Assembly: GCA_963796275.1 (NCBI GenBank)
Contig: CAWCKY010000003.1
Span: forward strand, 1,248,001 to 1,312,000
Direction of reading: 5' to 3'
DNA: 64,000 nt
Source of the DNA: an uncultured Acidobacteriota bacterium
GTDB lineage: Bacteria > Acidobacteriota > Blastocatellia > RBC074
Shown: positions 19,809 through 32,016 of the stretch, piece after piece
How the letters are laid out: every line of letters starts with the position of its first letter
How positions within the stretch are numbered: position 1 is the stretch's first letter
Notes under the pieces: model-generated
The model's database searches: none
Told to the model about the DNA's origin: nothing
Seen by the model: only the letters and a program-made list of their open reading frames with translations
Position numbers and translations under genes: made by a program

Positions 19809-19940
19809 ATGCGTAATGCGTAATGCGTAATGCGTAATGCGTAATGGGTAATGGGTAATGGGTAATGGGTAATGGATAGTTCGTAGACACCGTGGCACCA
19901 AGGCCTACGAATTATCAATTATCAATTATCCATTATCCAT
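19809..19940. repeat. Heptamer array (ATGCGTA)5(ATGGGTA)4 ATGGATA with inverted arm
   Basis: Ten tandem units, inner stem TTCGTAG/CTACGAA, right arm TTATCAA x2 then TTATCCA x2. Confidence 0.92.
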
Positions 19941-20017
19941 CTGCCTTATTTGCATCCGCTCACCGCGACGGTTAAGCTTCTCTCTTATACATATCGTTGA
20001 AACTATTTATTTGATTT

Positions 20018-21289
20018 ATGACTGCAAAGACGATTCTTGGAATTTGGGGATTGGGAACGGTAGGAACGGGTGTGGTGGCGCTTTTGCGTGACAATCCGCA
20101 ATTCGAAATCCGCGGCATAGCCGTCCGCGACCGCACCAAACCGCGCGAGATCGAGCTCTCGCAATACGAAATCTCCGACGATCCGTTCAAACTTGCCGAT
20201 GATCCGGCCATCGAAATAATCGTCGAGGTTGCGGGCGGACTCGATCCTGCATACGAACTCATCAAATACGCAATCGCAAATGGCAAACACATCGTTACCG
20301 CGAATAAAGAGGTGATTGCGAAACACGGGCCGGAAATTTTCGATCTCGCCAGCCGCCATAACGTAATGATATTTTTCGAGGCGGCAGTGGGTGGCGGGAT
20401 CCCATTGATCTCGACTCTGCAGCGCGGCTTGCAAGCCAACCGCATCTCGCGCGTGGCCGGTATTGTCAACGGCACAACGAACTATATCCTGACCAAGATG
20501 GAACAGGAGCAGAAGCCTTTCGGTGTGGCTCTACGCGAAGCGCAGGATGGTGGCTTCGCCGAAGCCGATCCGGCGGATGACATAGAAGGCCGTGACGTCG
20601 TTTACAAAATTGCCATCCTCTCATCACTTGCCTTTCGTTCACCGATCGATGTCGAAAAGATTTACCGCCAGGGTATCGGACAGATCACGGATCTGGACAT
20701 CAAGTTGGCGGGGGAGTTCGGCTATCGGATCAAGATGATAGGTCTCGCACAGCCGGGCGAGGGAGAGTCCTTTGACGTTCGCGCACATCCGATGCTGGTT
20801 CCGATACACCATCCGCTGGCCGGCGTTGAGGGGGTTAATAATGCTATTTTCATAAGCGGCAGTGCAGTTGGTGAAATTATGCTCACTGGACCCGGAGCAG
20901 GACGTTTTCCGACGGCAAGCGCGGTCGTCGGCGATGTGATCAATATAGCAAGCGCGCTCAAGCTGTCTGATTTCGGGCGATATTTCCAATCGCCCATAAG
21001 CTCGCGCGTGCGAGATGTCTTCCCGATCGAGGAGACGAGCAATGCCTACTACATCCGTCTCGAGACATTCGACACACCGGGCGTCATCGGCAACCTTGGT
21101 CACGCATTCGGCGGACATACGGTGAGTCTCCATAGCGTCACGCAGAAAGGGGTCACCGGAGATGGCACGGCAACCATCGTCCTGCTCACACACCGCGTGC
21201 GCGAAAAACAGGTTCAAGATGCCTTGCGTGAAATCAGCGCGCAATCGACCACCAAACAGATTGGTGTTGTATTAAGAGTATTGAGCTGA
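20018..21289 (+). CDS. hom: Homoserine dehydrogenase with C-terminal ACT domain
   Basis: GLGTVG, VTANK, FEAAVGGGIP, GIVNGTTNYIL, GPGAG, DTPGVIG. Confidence 0.95.
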   Translation: MTAKTILGIWGLGTVGTGVVALLRDNPQFEIRGIAVRDRTKPREIELSQYEISDDPFKLADDPAIEIIVEVAGGLDPAYELIKYAIANGKHIVTANKEVIAKHGPEIFDLASRHNVMIFFEAAVGGGIPLISTLQRGLQANRISRVAGIVNGTTNYILTKMEQEQKPFGVALREAQDGGFAEADPADDIEGRDVVYKIAILSSLAFRSPIDVEKIYRQGIGQITDLDIKLAGEFGYRIKMIGLAQPGEGESFDVRAHPMLVPIHHPLAGVEGVNNAIFISGSAVGEIMLTGPGAGRFPTASAVVGDVINIASALKLSDFGRYFQSPISSRVRDVFPIEETSNAYYIRLETFDTPGVIGNLGHAFGGHTVSLHSVTQKGVTGDGTATIVLLTHRVREKQVQDALREISAQSTTKQIGVVLRVLS

Positions 21290-21403
21290 GGGAAGGTGGA
21301 GAGGATGTTTGACGAAAAACGACTTATCTGTTTAGGTGTCAGATTGTGCATTTATTGGTGAACTTCTGGTGAAGCGCGGGAATAGGCAAGCAATAAAGCC
21401 GAT

Positions 21404-22732
21404 ATGAAGAATGCAGTGCCCCATGTAGTAATCATCGGCGCGGGTTTTGGCGGGCTGACGGCGGCACAGTCGCTGAAACGAGCGCCGGTACGTATCACGG
21501 TCGTCGACCGCACCAACCATCATCTTTTTCAGCCTCTCCTCTATCAGGTGGCAATGGCAGGACTCTCGCCGGCGGAGATCGCAGCCCCGATCCGTTCGGT
21601 ACTACGCAATCAGAAGAACGCCCTGGTTCTTCTGGCGGAAGCGGCGGGAGTAGACCTCGCACGGCAAGTCGTCAGATTGCGCGATGATCAACGAGCAGAA
21701 GAGCTCGGCTACGATTATCTGGTGTTGGCGACCGGCGGACGGACCAGTTATTTCGGCCACGATGATTGGGAAAAGTTCGCTCCGGGTCTTAAGGATCTGG
21801 ATGATGCCGTCGAGATCCGTCGCCGCGTGCTACTGGCATTCGAGGCGGCAGAGAAAGAGCACGACGTCGACCGCAGATCCCAGTTGCTGACATTCGTCGT
21901 GGTCGGTGGCGGTCCGACCGGAGTCGAACTCGCGGGAGCGATCGCTGAGCTCGCCCGGTTCGTACTGAAGCGTGATTTTCGAACGATCAATCCGCATTCC
22001 GCGGAAATCCTTCTGCTCGAGGGTGGACCGCGGATTCTCTCGGCATTTGTGCCCGACCTGTCTCTTAGCGCCGAGCGACAACTCTCTGAACTGGGGGTCA
22101 GGGTTCGGACCAACGCGCAAGTGACAAACATCGATGAAAAAGGCGTTTATCTCGGTGACGAGACGATCAAGGCCGCAACCGTCATCTGGAGCGCCGGAGT
22201 ACGCGCGACCGCACTTACCCGATCTCTCGGAGTCGAACTGGACCGCGCGGGACGCGTGAGCGTCGGACCAGACCTGACTATCCCGGGTTACCATAATGCG
22301 TTCGCGATCGGCGATATGACGATATTTCATCAGGACGGCAAACTCCTGCCCGGGGTGAGCCCCGTCGCCATGCAAATGGGCAGGCTAGTCGCTCGCAATA
22401 TTAAAAATAGTATTCTGGGCAAACCATATGAGCACTTCCGTTATTTTGATAAAGGCAATATGGCGACAATTGGCCGCAAAGCTGCGATCGCGGAGATCGG
22501 CAAGTTACATTTGAGCGGGTTTATTGCATGGCTGGCATGGTTGGGAGTCCATATCTTCTTTTTGATCGGATTTCGCAATAGATTCGCGGTGTTATTCAAC
22601 TGGGCCTGGTCATATTTCACTTATCAGAGGGGGGCCCGACTAATTACGGGAAGGAGATTGAGTCTGAAGCCAAGGAAGCCGATTCTGGAGAACGAAGAGC
22701 AGGCTGGGAAGGGAGAATATATAGTGCATTGA
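21404..22732 (+). CDS. ndh: Type II NADH dehydrogenase (NDH-2 family)
   Basis: GAGFGG, HLFQPLLYQVA, GGGPTGVELAG, AIGD, DKGNMATIGR. Confidence 0.9.
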   Translation: MKNAVPHVVIIGAGFGGLTAAQSLKRAPVRITVVDRTNHHLFQPLLYQVAMAGLSPAEIAAPIRSVLRNQKNALVLLAEAAGVDLARQVVRLRDDQRAEELGYDYLVLATGGRTSYFGHDDWEKFAPGLKDLDDAVEIRRRVLLAFEAAEKEHDVDRRSQLLTFVVVGGGPTGVELAGAIAELARFVLKRDFRTINPHSAEILLLEGGPRILSAFVPDLSLSAERQLSELGVRVRTNAQVTNIDEKGVYLGDETIKAATVIWSAGVRATALTRSLGVELDRAGRVSVGPDLTIPGYHNAFAIGDMTIFHQDGKLLPGVSPVAMQMGRLVARNIKNSILGKPYEHFRYFDKGNMATIGRKAAIAEIGKLHLSGFIAWLAWLGVHIFFLIGFRNRFAVLFNWAWSYFTYQRGARLITGRRLSLKPRKPILENEEQAGKGEYIVH

Positions 22733-22873
22733 TGCATTATTGAAGAACTGAAAAACCGGAAACGGAAAACTGAAAATTATTTCGATTGCAGTCATCAATA
22801 TCTTACCTTAATATCTTTTTTCCCCCGGCCCCTTCGAATCCGTAATCAAAGGGTTGTTTAAAAGTTAATAAGG

Positions 22874-24481
22874 ATGTCATCTGTAACACGACCTGACGCA
22901 AAAGCTATTCCTCCACCTCATGCAGATGTTGAACAAGTAGAGCTCCCGCACCTGTGGCCACTGGGTGATTCTGCGATCAATATCATTACAGTCTGCCTTG
23001 TGGTATACGATGGGTTGCTGGCTGCGACGCTCTTTATTCTAGGCTACTGGGTGAGGCATCCGGACGAGACGCCCTTTATTCTCGGGCAGTGGAAGATAGG
23101 TTCGTTCGACCTGTCGTTGCCTTACGATTTTCATCCAACCTTCGCGCCATATCTGAGCGTTCTCTATTTCATCCCTTTCATTCAGCTAGCGACATTCGGC
23201 TATCGCGGCCTATATCGCCTGCGCGGCGAATTTTCGTTCATCGAGGATTTCATCAATATTTTCAAAGCGATTACGATCGGTTTTCTGATGACGACCTTGA
23301 TCGCCTTTTTCTTTCGCGGCGGGTTCGAGTATTCGGCCTTCTCCTATTCGCGCCAGGTATTCATCTTCTATTATCTTTTAGGACTGGTAGTCTTCATCGC
23401 TCACCGCGCCGCGTTCCGTAGTTTACAGACTTTCTATAGGCGCCGTCACATCGACGTCATACCGATCCTCATTGTCGGGTCGAACGGAGTGGCCGAGATG
23501 TGCGTTAACGAGATCGCTGATGATCCGAAGTTGGGGCGGCGCGTTATCGGCCTGGTGACTCCCGACGGCCTGATCCCGAAGAGTAAAGACCTTAACTTAT
23601 GGCCGACGCTCGGAAATTATGATGAGATGCACCGGTTCATCCGCCAGTACGACATCCGTGAGGTACTGATCGCCGATCCGGGGATCAGGCCAGAACTGCT
23701 TTTCGACACGATGATTAAATGCGGGCGCGGCTCGCGCGTCACATTCCGCGTGGTACCGAACCTGTTGAACTGTATCCCGCGCAAGGCCTATATCGAACAG
23801 CTCGGTGTGGTGCCGATGGTGCGTTTGTTCGAAGAACCGCTCTCGTCGGCAGAGCGAGTGGTCAAACGCAGCATAGACCTGATCGTAAGTACATTGATAC
23901 TGATTTTTTCGGCCCCTCTCTGGGTGCTTATTGCGATTGCGATCAAGCTCGAATCGCGCGGCCCGCTCCTATACCGGCAGGAACGGGTGGGGATGGACGG
24001 CCACATCTTCCTGCTCTATAAATTTCGCTCGATGACGGACGATGTCGAGATCGACGAAGCCCATCGAGAGTATATGGAGCGGATGATCAGAAATCAGGGC
24101 AACAGCAATCTGGGGACGCAGGATAATCCCAACTACAAATTCATAAATGGCGACCGAATTACGCAAACCGGCCGTCTACTGCGACACTTGAGCCTCGACG
24201 AACTGCCGCAGATATTCAATGTGTTTAAGGGCGAGATGAGCCTGGTCGGGCCGCGCCCGCCGATTCCATACGAGGTCGAATGTTATAAAACGTGGCATCG
24301 CAAGAGGCTCGATGTTAAACCCGGATTGACCGGGTTGTGGCAGGTGAGCGGGCGTTACAGTCTTTCCTTCGATCAGATGGTGAAACTCGATATTTATTAC
24401 ATCGAGAACTGGTCGCTCTGGTTGGATCTGAAAATAATATTGAAGACTTTACCAGCGTTGATCATGAAGGAAGAGGCATAA
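22874..24481 (+). CDS. Second priming sugar transferase (undecaprenyl-phosphate glycosylphosphotransferase)
   Basis: TM region, ILIVGS, KFRSM, LDELPQ, GEMSLVGPRP, KPGLTGLWQVSGR, LDIYYIENWS. Confidence 0.92.
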   Translation: MSSVTRPDAKAIPPPHADVEQVELPHLWPLGDSAINIITVCLVVYDGLLAATLFILGYWVRHPDETPFILGQWKIGSFDLSLPYDFHPTFAPYLSVLYFIPFIQLATFGYRGLYRLRGEFSFIEDFINIFKAITIGFLMTTLIAFFFRGGFEYSAFSYSRQVFIFYYLLGLVVFIAHRAAFRSLQTFYRRRHIDVIPILIVGSNGVAEMCVNEIADDPKLGRRVIGLVTPDGLIPKSKDLNLWPTLGNYDEMHRFIRQYDIREVLIADPGIRPELLFDTMIKCGRGSRVTFRVVPNLLNCIPRKAYIEQLGVVPMVRLFEEPLSSAERVVKRSIDLIVSTLILIFSAPLWVLIAIAIKLESRGPLLYRQERVGMDGHIFLLYKFRSMTDDVEIDEAHREYMERMIRNQGNSNLGTQDNPNYKFINGDRITQTGRLLRHLSLDELPQIFNVFKGEMSLVGPRPPIPYEVECYKTWHRKRLDVKPGLTGLWQVSGRYSLSFDQMVKLDIYYIENWSLWLDLKIILKTLPALIMKEEA

Positions 24482-24500
24482 AAGAACAGACATAGAGCTA

Positions 24501-24603
24501 TCATTTTACATTTGTCATTTTATACTTGTCATTTGTCATTTATCGCCCCTATAGGATGCAATCAATGACAAATGTGAAATGTAAAATGACAAATGTAAAA
24601 TGA
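24501..24603. repeat. Heptamer-array inverted repeat (TTTGTCA family)
   Basis: Perfect 22-bp outer stem TCATTTTACATTTGTCATTTTA / TAAAATGACAAATGTAAAATGA. Confidence 0.9.
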
Positions 24604-24610
24604 ACAGGGC

Positions 24611-26116
24611 TCATTTATTCGCTCTATCTTTACCAAGAAACGCCATTATTTCCCGCAAAACGGTATTTTCGTAATCAGGGTTGGCCTGCAATTCTTCCAC
24701 ACCGATGTTCAGGAATTTAATGGCTCCCGGCCCGTATGACCGCCATCTCTCGCCGAAAGCCGGTGAGTTCGAGTTTACGAAAATCGTCAGTACCGGAACG
24801 CCGAGTGCAGCAGCGATGTGCTGGCCTGCCGAATCGTATCCGATGTATCGGTCACTCGCGGAAATTAATCCGGCAAATTGCCCGATGCCGCCATCCCACG
24901 TCAGTACATCTGCGCGTAGCGATTCCTGTTGAAGCGATTTCGCTAAGTTCCGTTCATTTACCTGGTGGATCGTCTTGCCCTGATCTCGAAGCAGATCGAT
25001 GATGCGATCGATCTGATCTCTTTCTTCCGTACTGGCGCCTTTGTCGAGGATGACCGTCGATTCCCGGAGCAGATTTCGGATCAATTCCGTTTCGAACGAG
25101 TCGGAGAGGCGTTTGTTCGGATTGCCTCCGACACCGAGGCTGACGGTAACGAGATGTGAAGCGCCGGCGCTGCGCATCCTGCGAGTAATCTCCTGACCAA
25201 ATGCCCGATGTTCTCCTGGTAAAGCGACGAATGGGAAAGCGCGGCGATTCGCTTCTAAAAGATCATCGACCCAGAGAGAGGCGAGTTCGCCGAGGCGGCC
25301 GGCGCCGGATTTTTGAAATCCGCGGCTCTCGAAGAAGAAATAGTTACTCTCGTTTCTCATCAAAGGGAGCAAGCCGAGTTGCGTCAGACGCGAATCGGGA
25401 TCAATCAATAAAAACTCGGCAGGTTTTAAATCTCGCTTCTCATCGTCTACTACATGAACGACGTCAATCCAGCTATTCAAGCGTGAAAGCACGCCGCCCG
25501 TGCGATCATAGCCGATCTCGCGTATTCGTAATTGCGGGTCGCCGCCATACAAATCCCGCAGTTTGGGGGACCCGAGCAGGACGAACTCCGCCCCGGGCAG
25601 GGCTTCGCGTAGTCGGGCGACGATAACGCTCGTGACGGCGACGTCCGCGCCTATCGTCACGCGGGAGAGCAGAGCGGCTCGCCGGATTTTGCTGCGATTT
25701 TCGCTGTTCAACTTTCGCTGCTCGTTCGCAATGACCGATCTGCGACGGAGCATGTCGGCTTCGTCTTCCAGGCCGAAACTTCGTAGGCCCTCGTCCAACT
25801 TCTCTCCCTTCGGTTGGTGGCGGTAGAAATCGATAACTTGTGTCATGACCCGATCGTAAAGCGCACAGGCTCGAGGATCGAATGAATCGTTCAACCGCTC
25901 GATCAGCGAAGGGAAGAGCGCGGCCACCCCCGCGCTAGCCGTCTCCGCGTCTGCCGTCATCTCACAGAGAAGCGCGACCGCTGCTCGTGCGTACGGTTTG
26001 TCGGCGAGATGGTGATTGATGACCTGTTCGGCGGCGTGGAATCCCAGTTGGATCGCCGTTTGGGCATTCAGTGCCCCTGAATCTTTGAGTTTTTTGAAAT
26101 CGAATTGCATATACAC
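24611..26116 (-). CDS. GT9 (heptosyltransferase-like) glycosyltransferase with helical N-terminal extension
   Basis: SRVTIGADV, YIGYDSAGQHIAAALGVPVLTIF. Confidence 0.75.
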   Translation of the reverse strand: MYMQFDFKKLKDSGALNAQTAIQLGFHAAEQVINHHLADKPYARAAVALLCEMTADAETASAGVAALFPSLIERLNDSFDPRACALYDRVMTQVIDFYRHQPKGEKLDEGLRSFGLEDEADMLRRRSVIANEQRKLNSENRSKIRRAALLSRVTIGADVAVTSVIVARLREALPGAEFVLLGSPKLRDLYGGDPQLRIREIGYDRTGGVLSRLNSWIDVVHVVDDEKRDLKPAEFLLIDPDSRLTQLGLLPLMRNESNYFFFESRGFQKSGAGRLGELASLWVDDLLEANRRAFPFVALPGEHRAFGQEITRRMRSAGASHLVTVSLGVGGNPNKRLSDSFETELIRNLLRESTVILDKGASTEERDQIDRIIDLLRDQGKTIHQVNERNLAKSLQQESLRADVLTWDGGIGQFAGLISASDRYIGYDSAGQHIAAALGVPVLTIFVNSNSPAFGERWRSYGPGAIKFLNIGVEELQANPDYENTVLREIMAFLGKDRANK

Positions 26117-26139
26117 GCGAAATGTCAGAGATCGAAAAC

Positions 26140-26168
26140 TTGACAGCCACTAATGCGATTGTTAGACT
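26140..26168 (+). promoter_or_regulatory. Candidate sigma70 promoter for icd-mdh
   Basis: TTGACA-N17-TAGACT. Confidence 0.6.
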
Positions 26169-26288
26169 TTCGGCCTTTTCATACAGTTGATTGATTGCTC
26201 CTTGGCCGCGATTATACCAGTCTGCGGTTGTGCCCCATCGGGCAACACGTGTTCAACTACATACAGAATAAATTTAGGAGAGTGGTTT

Positions 26289-27533
26289 ATGCCTGTTTTC
26301 AATGGAATCCAAACCCCCTCTGAGGGGAAACCGGTCAGTATTGAGGACGGCCAGCCGAAAGTCCCGGATAATCCGACCATCCCTTTCATTGAAGGCGACG
26401 GCACCGGTCCCGATATCTGGCGCGCTTCTCAGCGCGTTTTCGATGCTGCCGTCGCTCGCGCCTACAGCGGTGAGCGCCGCATCGTCTGGTATGAAATTTT
26501 TGCGGGTGAAAAGGCCCATAAGAAATTTGGTGAATGGCTGCCCAAAGGCACTCTGGATGCCATTCAGCATTTCGTCATCGCCATAAAAGGTCCTCTCACA
26601 ACGCCGGTCGGCGGCGGCATCCGTTCACTCAATGTGACCCTCCGCCAGGTCCTGGATCTCTATTCTTGCGTACGCCCGGTGCGATATTTCCCCGGTGTGC
26701 CTGCGCCCGTCAAGAATCCGGAGAAGCTGGACGTCGTCATCTTCCGCGAGAACACGGAGGATGTCTACGCCGGGATCGAATTTCAAGAAGGATCTGATCG
26801 CGCGCAGAAATTGATCCAGTTTCTGAGCGATTTCGGTTTTGAGGTTAGTCACGATTCGGGCATCGGGATAAAACCGATCTCGATCTCTGCCACCAAGAAC
26901 CTGGTGCGCCGCGCCATTCGCTATGCGATCGAGCGGGATCTTAAAGTGGTGACGCTGGTCCACAAGGGCAATATTATGAAGTACACGGAAGGCGCATTCC
27001 GGGATTGGGGCTATCAGTTGGCCAAAGAGGAGTTTCGCGATCGGATCGTGACCGAAGAGGAAGTCAACAAAGATCACGGGGGCAAGCGGCCCGAAGGGAA
27101 GATACTCGTAAATGATCGGATTGCCGACGCGATGTTCCAGCAGGTCCTCCTGCGCCCCGATGAGTACTCGGTCATCGCCACCCCCAATCTCAACGGCGAT
27201 TACCTGTCGGATGCTTGTGCGGCGCAGGTCGGAGGGTTGGGAATGGCACCCGGCGCTAACATCGGCGACATTGCCGCCGTTTTCGAAGCGACACACGGGA
27301 CTGCTCCGAAATACGCCGGACTCGATGCGGTCAATCCCTCCTCGGTGATCCTCTCGGGCGTCATGATGTTCGAGTATATGGGATGGAATGAGGCGGGCAG
27401 CCTGATCATCGATGGGATCGTCAGGACCATCGATCAGAAACGCGTGACCTATGATCTCGAACGCCTGATGGAGGGCGCAACCAAGGTCAAAACGAGCGAA
27501 TTCGCTGATGCGATTATTCAAAATATGAAATAG
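26289..27533 (+). CDS. icd: NADP-dependent isocitrate dehydrogenase
   Basis: [52 protein letters not shown]; AGGAG RBS before ATG 26289. Confidence 0.97.
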   Translation: MPVFNGIQTPSEGKPVSIEDGQPKVPDNPTIPFIEGDGTGPDIWRASQRVFDAAVARAYSGERRIVWYEIFAGEKAHKKFGEWLPKGTLDAIQHFVIAIKGPLTTPVGGGIRSLNVTLRQVLDLYSCVRPVRYFPGVPAPVKNPEKLDVVIFRENTEDVYAGIEFQEGSDRAQKLIQFLSDFGFEVSHDSGIGIKPISISATKNLVRRAIRYAIERDLKVVTLVHKGNIMKYTEGAFRDWGYQLAKEEFRDRIVTEEEVNKDHGGKRPEGKILVNDRIADAMFQQVLLRPDEYSVIATPNLNGDYLSDACAAQVGGLGMAPGANIGDIAAVFEATHGTAPKYAGLDAVNPSSVILSGVMMFEYMGWNEAGSLIIDGIVRTIDQKRVTYDLERLMEGATKVKTSEFADAIIQNMK

Positions 27534-27641
27534 AGTCCGGAGTTCGGGGTCTGGAGGTCCTGGACCTGGAGTCGATACGCATTAGTTCAGAAGCAATATT
27601 GGCTGTAGGCTTTAGATTCCGGACTCGAGACTCCTGGCTCC
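27533..27641. repeat. Heptamer-array inverted repeat (GAGTCCG / GACTCC family)
   Basis: GAGTCCG GAGTTCG GGGTCTG ... GATTCCG GACTCGA GACTCCT GGCTCC. Confidence 0.7.
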
Positions 27642-27656
27642 CTTTTTGGAGGATAA

Positions 27657-28586
<930 letters not shown>

Positions 28587-28891
28587 GAACTTGACGCATA
28601 AGGCGCTCGGAGAATCTCGATTTTTACATCGAGATCTCCCGGGGTCTTTGTGGTTAGCTCCGAGACCAGGCTATGTAGTAAATTTGAAGCTTGCCAAGAA
28701 TTGTGGTAGGTTAAAAATTGCGTCTGTCGCAGTTGCGATTCCTTAATGAACGGGTAATGCGTCTTGCGGCAGTCGCATTTTTATTGTCAGAGGGGGAGGA
28801 CGTTCGAACGATTGGGCGGAGGTAGGGGAAGTAGAGGGATGCAGGTTGAACGGATGGGAAGAACTCTGAGAAGAACTCTGAAAGGAAAAAT

Positions 28892-29392
28892 GTGGTGAGT
28901 GAATCGAAGGATTTGACCGTAAATTTGACCGGAAAAGAGAAGATTCTCGCAGAATTGAAGACTCTCGAATATGAACTGAACATCGAATTGCCGCGCGCTC
29001 TGAGGACTGCGGCCGCGCTCGGCGACTTATCGGAGAATGCCGAGTACAAGTCGGCTCGTGAGCGCCAGGATTACGTGCGCGCCCGGGTCCGGCAACTTCA
29101 GGAGCAGGTGGCCAAGTTATCGAGCATTGACCTGAGCAAATTACCGCACGACCGGGCCTCTTATGGCTCAACGCTCGTCCTGCGCGATATCGATCGGGGC
29201 GCTGAAGTCGCCTATCGCCTGGTAACACCAGAGGAGGCCGATTTCGAACAAGGGTTGATCTCGACCGCATCGCCGATCGGCAAGAGCCTGCTCAACAAAG
29301 AAGAAGGCGATGAAGTCAAAGTTGAGACGCCAAACGGCCCTCGTCTCTTTGAGATCATCAAACTCACCACGATCCATGACGAGGAATTGTAG
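28892..29392 (+). CDS. greA: Transcription elongation factor GreA
   Basis: [27 protein letters not shown]. Confidence 0.93.
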   Translation: MVSESKDLTVNLTGKEKILAELKTLEYELNIELPRALRTAAALGDLSENAEYKSARERQDYVRARVRQLQEQVAKLSSIDLSKLPHDRASYGSTLVLRDIDRGAEVAYRLVTPEEADFEQGLISTASPIGKSLLNKEEGDEVKVETPNGPRLFEIIKLTTIHDEEL

Positions 29393-29468
29393 TATTATTG
29401 AGCGATGATTCGCATTTGAAAGCCCACAATTATGATGTTACACTCACAATCCCGGTAGAGCGGAGGTT

Positions 29469-29825
29469 GTGTATTTGTCCACCCGATTCGAATATTTAGA
29501 GCTAGTGCTGAAAAGATTGATGACCGTAGGCTTGTTGGCATTTATCTTCTGTTTCAGCCTTATAACGGTTACATGCTTCGCCTTACGCGGACATACAGTA
29601 GATGTCCCCAATGTGGTTGGAAAAACAAAAGTAGAGGCGGAGAAAGAGCTAGATGAAGCTGGGTTACGCATAAAAATCATCGGCATAACGGATCAGACAG
29701 AAATCCCCGCCGATGCACCTATCAGCGATCAAACCCCTGCGCCCGGAGCGACGGTTAAGACCGGGCAGCAAGTACGCGTCAGCTTCAACCTCGGTGCCCC
29801 TTCGCCTGCTGCCATCAGAAATTAA
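29469..29825 (+). CDS. Single PASTA-domain membrane protein
   Basis: TM helix then VPNVVGKT..AEKEL..AGL, QTPAPG..VK. Confidence 0.8.
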   Translation: MYLSTRFEYLELVLKRLMTVGLLAFIFCFSLITVTCFALRGHTVDVPNVVGKTKVEAEKELDEAGLRIKIIGITDQTEIPADAPISDQTPAPGATVKTGQQVRVSFNLGAPSPAAIRN

Positions 29826-29921
29826 TTAGATCATAGAGTGGACAAGATTTCCGGGGTAATTTGTTCTAGTGGTTCTAGACTTTAGTTTCAAGCGGCTGAT
29901 AGGCAGATCGCGGTTAATATT

Positions 29922-30602
29922 ATGGTCGAAATAGCTCCATCAATATTATCGGCGGATTTCACCAAACTGGGTGAGGAGATCGAGACGGTCGAACGAGCCG
30001 GCGCCTCGTATATCCACGTAGATGTGATGGATGGCCATTTCGTGCCGAATCTGACCATCGGGCCGTTCATTGTAGAATCGGTGGCGAGGGCGACGCATTT
30101 GCCCATCGACGCGCATTTGATGATTGAAAATCCGGATGACTTCATCGGGGCATTCGCCCGGGCAGGTGCGAATATGATCTCGGTTCATCCGGAAACGACC
30201 TATCATTTGCATCGCACGATCAATCATATCCGCGACGAGGGGTGCAGAGCCGGAGTCGTGCTCAATCCCGCGACGCCGCTGGCGATGATCGAAGATGTCC
30301 TGGGTGAACTCGACTACGTGCTCCTCATGTCGGTCAATCCGGGGTTTGGTGGTCAAACATTTATACCGGCATCGCTCGACAAGCTGCGCCGTTTGCGCGA
30401 GTTGATTCGCGCGCGCGGAATGAGCGTGAAAATAGAGATTGATGGCGGCATCGGGCCGGATAATGCCGGGCAGGTTGTTGCCGCCGGCGCCGAGATACTG
30501 GTTGCCGGGTCAGCGGTTTTCGGAAAACCGGACCCGTCGCAAGCATTGCGCGACCTCCTGCGCGCAGCATTGAATCCTTCGCTCAAGGGAGCGTCGGTTT
30601 GA
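29922..30602 (+). CDS. rpe: Ribulose-phosphate 3-epimerase
   Basis: [36 protein letters not shown]. Confidence 0.97.
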   Translation: MVEIAPSILSADFTKLGEEIETVERAGASYIHVDVMDGHFVPNLTIGPFIVESVARATHLPIDAHLMIENPDDFIGAFARAGANMISVHPETTYHLHRTINHIRDEGCRAGVVLNPATPLAMIEDVLGELDYVLLMSVNPGFGGQTFIPASLDKLRRLRELIRARGMSVKIEIDGGIGPDNAGQVVAAGAEILVAGSAVFGKPDPSQALRDLLRAALNPSLKGASV

Positions 30603-30715
30603 AAAAAAATAAACCACGTCCTGAACTGTGAATTCAAAATCTACGGGGAACCGAAGACACCAGAGGTTTCTTCATCTTCGTTTCTTCGTGGCTATTACTT
30701 TACTGGGGAGAAATC

Positions 30716-31987
30716 ATGACGAAATTTAAATTCCTCCTACATTTTCACTTGGTCATATTAGTCTTTACGATCGCCGGTTGCGGAGCAAAGGATAACGTCA
30801 AGAACGAAAATGCTGCGGTTCCAGGGCGCGATAAGGAGCTTTACGAACAGGCAGTGGTAAAGGCCGAAAAAGGCCGCTATGATGAAGCTCGCCTGCTCTA
30901 CAACGTCGTCATATCAACCTACGGCGAAAGCGAATACCTGCCGCTGTCGAAACTGGCGATAGCCGATACGTTCTATCTAGAAGGGGGCACGAGCAATCTC
31001 GAGCAGGCCATCGGCGGTTACCGCGATTTCGCACAGTTCTTCCCGACACACCCGCGAGTCTGTGACGTCAAGCACAAAATCGCGCATTCGTATATGAGGC
31101 AGATGGGCGCATACAACCGCGATGCCTCGAAGGCGAAACAGGCGGAATTTATGCTGAAGGCAGCTTTGCAGAGTTGCCAGAGTTCTCAGCTCAAGCCGGC
31201 AATAGAGAGCGATCTCCAAGATGTTCAGCAGGTGCTCGGACTGCACGAACTGGACATCGCCCGCTTCTACATCAAGACCAGGCAATCCTACAAAGCAGGC
31301 GAGAGCCGTCTGAAGGATATCGTCAACCAGTATCCAGGGTTCAGTTATTATGATGAATCGCTCTACCTCCTCGGCGTCTCGCTGATTGAACAGGAGCAGC
31401 CCGAAGAAGCATCAGACTATTTTACGCGTCTGCTGCGCGATTATCCGAACAGCGAGTATGCCGATAAGGGAAAGGAATATCTGGAGAGACTCGGCAAACC
31501 TATACCCGAGCCTAATAACGACAACAAGCGTCCTGATCGCCCGAGTTTTGTCGGCAATTTCAAGTTGATTCTTGGCTATAATGGACTGGATGTCTCGAAA
31601 GACGGCGTCTTATTGAGTAAAAAGGGTGATGAAAAAGAAGATGTCAAAGATGAGGTTAAGTCCGAAGCGACCAGTGGTATAAGCGGAACGAAAGCGGTAC
31701 GCGCAACATCATCAAAGGTCATCGATACCCCGGCTGCCAGCCAGGTGACTGGCAGTACAGCTGCCGTCGATAGTCAACCCACGGGGCAAACGGGGCAAAC
31801 GGGGCAAACCGGGCAAGCCGGGCAAAATGGCGGTGACAACGGTCAGACCGCGGCTCCTGAAGCCAATGGAGATGATGAGAAATCTGTTAAAGGTAAAGAT
31901 AAAAAGAAAAACAGCAAGAAAGAAAAAAAGGATAAAGACAAAGATAAAAATCAGAAGAAGGGCTTTTTAGGCGGTATCTTCCGGTAA
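30716..31987 (+). CDS. bamD: Outer-membrane protein assembly lipoprotein BamD with low-complexity tail
   Basis: Lipobox IAGC, TPR repeats, HELDIARFY; GQT repeats and Lys/Asp-rich tail. Confidence 0.85.
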   Translation: MTKFKFLLHFHLVILVFTIAGCGAKDNVKNENAAVPGRDKELYEQAVVKAEKGRYDEARLLYNVVISTYGESEYLPLSKLAIADTFYLEGGTSNLEQAIGGYRDFAQFFPTHPRVCDVKHKIAHSYMRQMGAYNRDASKAKQAEFMLKAALQSCQSSQLKPAIESDLQDVQQVLGLHELDIARFYIKTRQSYKAGESRLKDIVNQYPGFSYYDESLYLLGVSLIEQEQPEEASDYFTRLLRDYPNSEYADKGKEYLERLGKPIPEPNNDNKRPDRPSFVGNFKLILGYNGLDVSKDGVLLSKKGDEKEDVKDEVKSEATSGISGTKAVRATSSKVIDTPAASQVTGSTAAVDSQPTGQTGQTGQTGQAGQNGGDNGQTAAPEANGDDEKSVKGKDKKKNSKKEKKDKDKDKNQKKGFLGGIFR

Positions 31988-32016
31988 GGCAGTACGGGCC
32001 CTTTTGGGAGGCACCT

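Noticed and set aside
19809-19878. Possible CRISPR array
   Set aside because: Contiguous 7-mers without spacers; no cas genes in the window
28790-28882. G-rich greA leader (possible G-quadruplex or ncRNA) with GAAGAACTCTGA x2
   Set aside because: Loops are long and irregular and I cannot match it to any RNA family by eye
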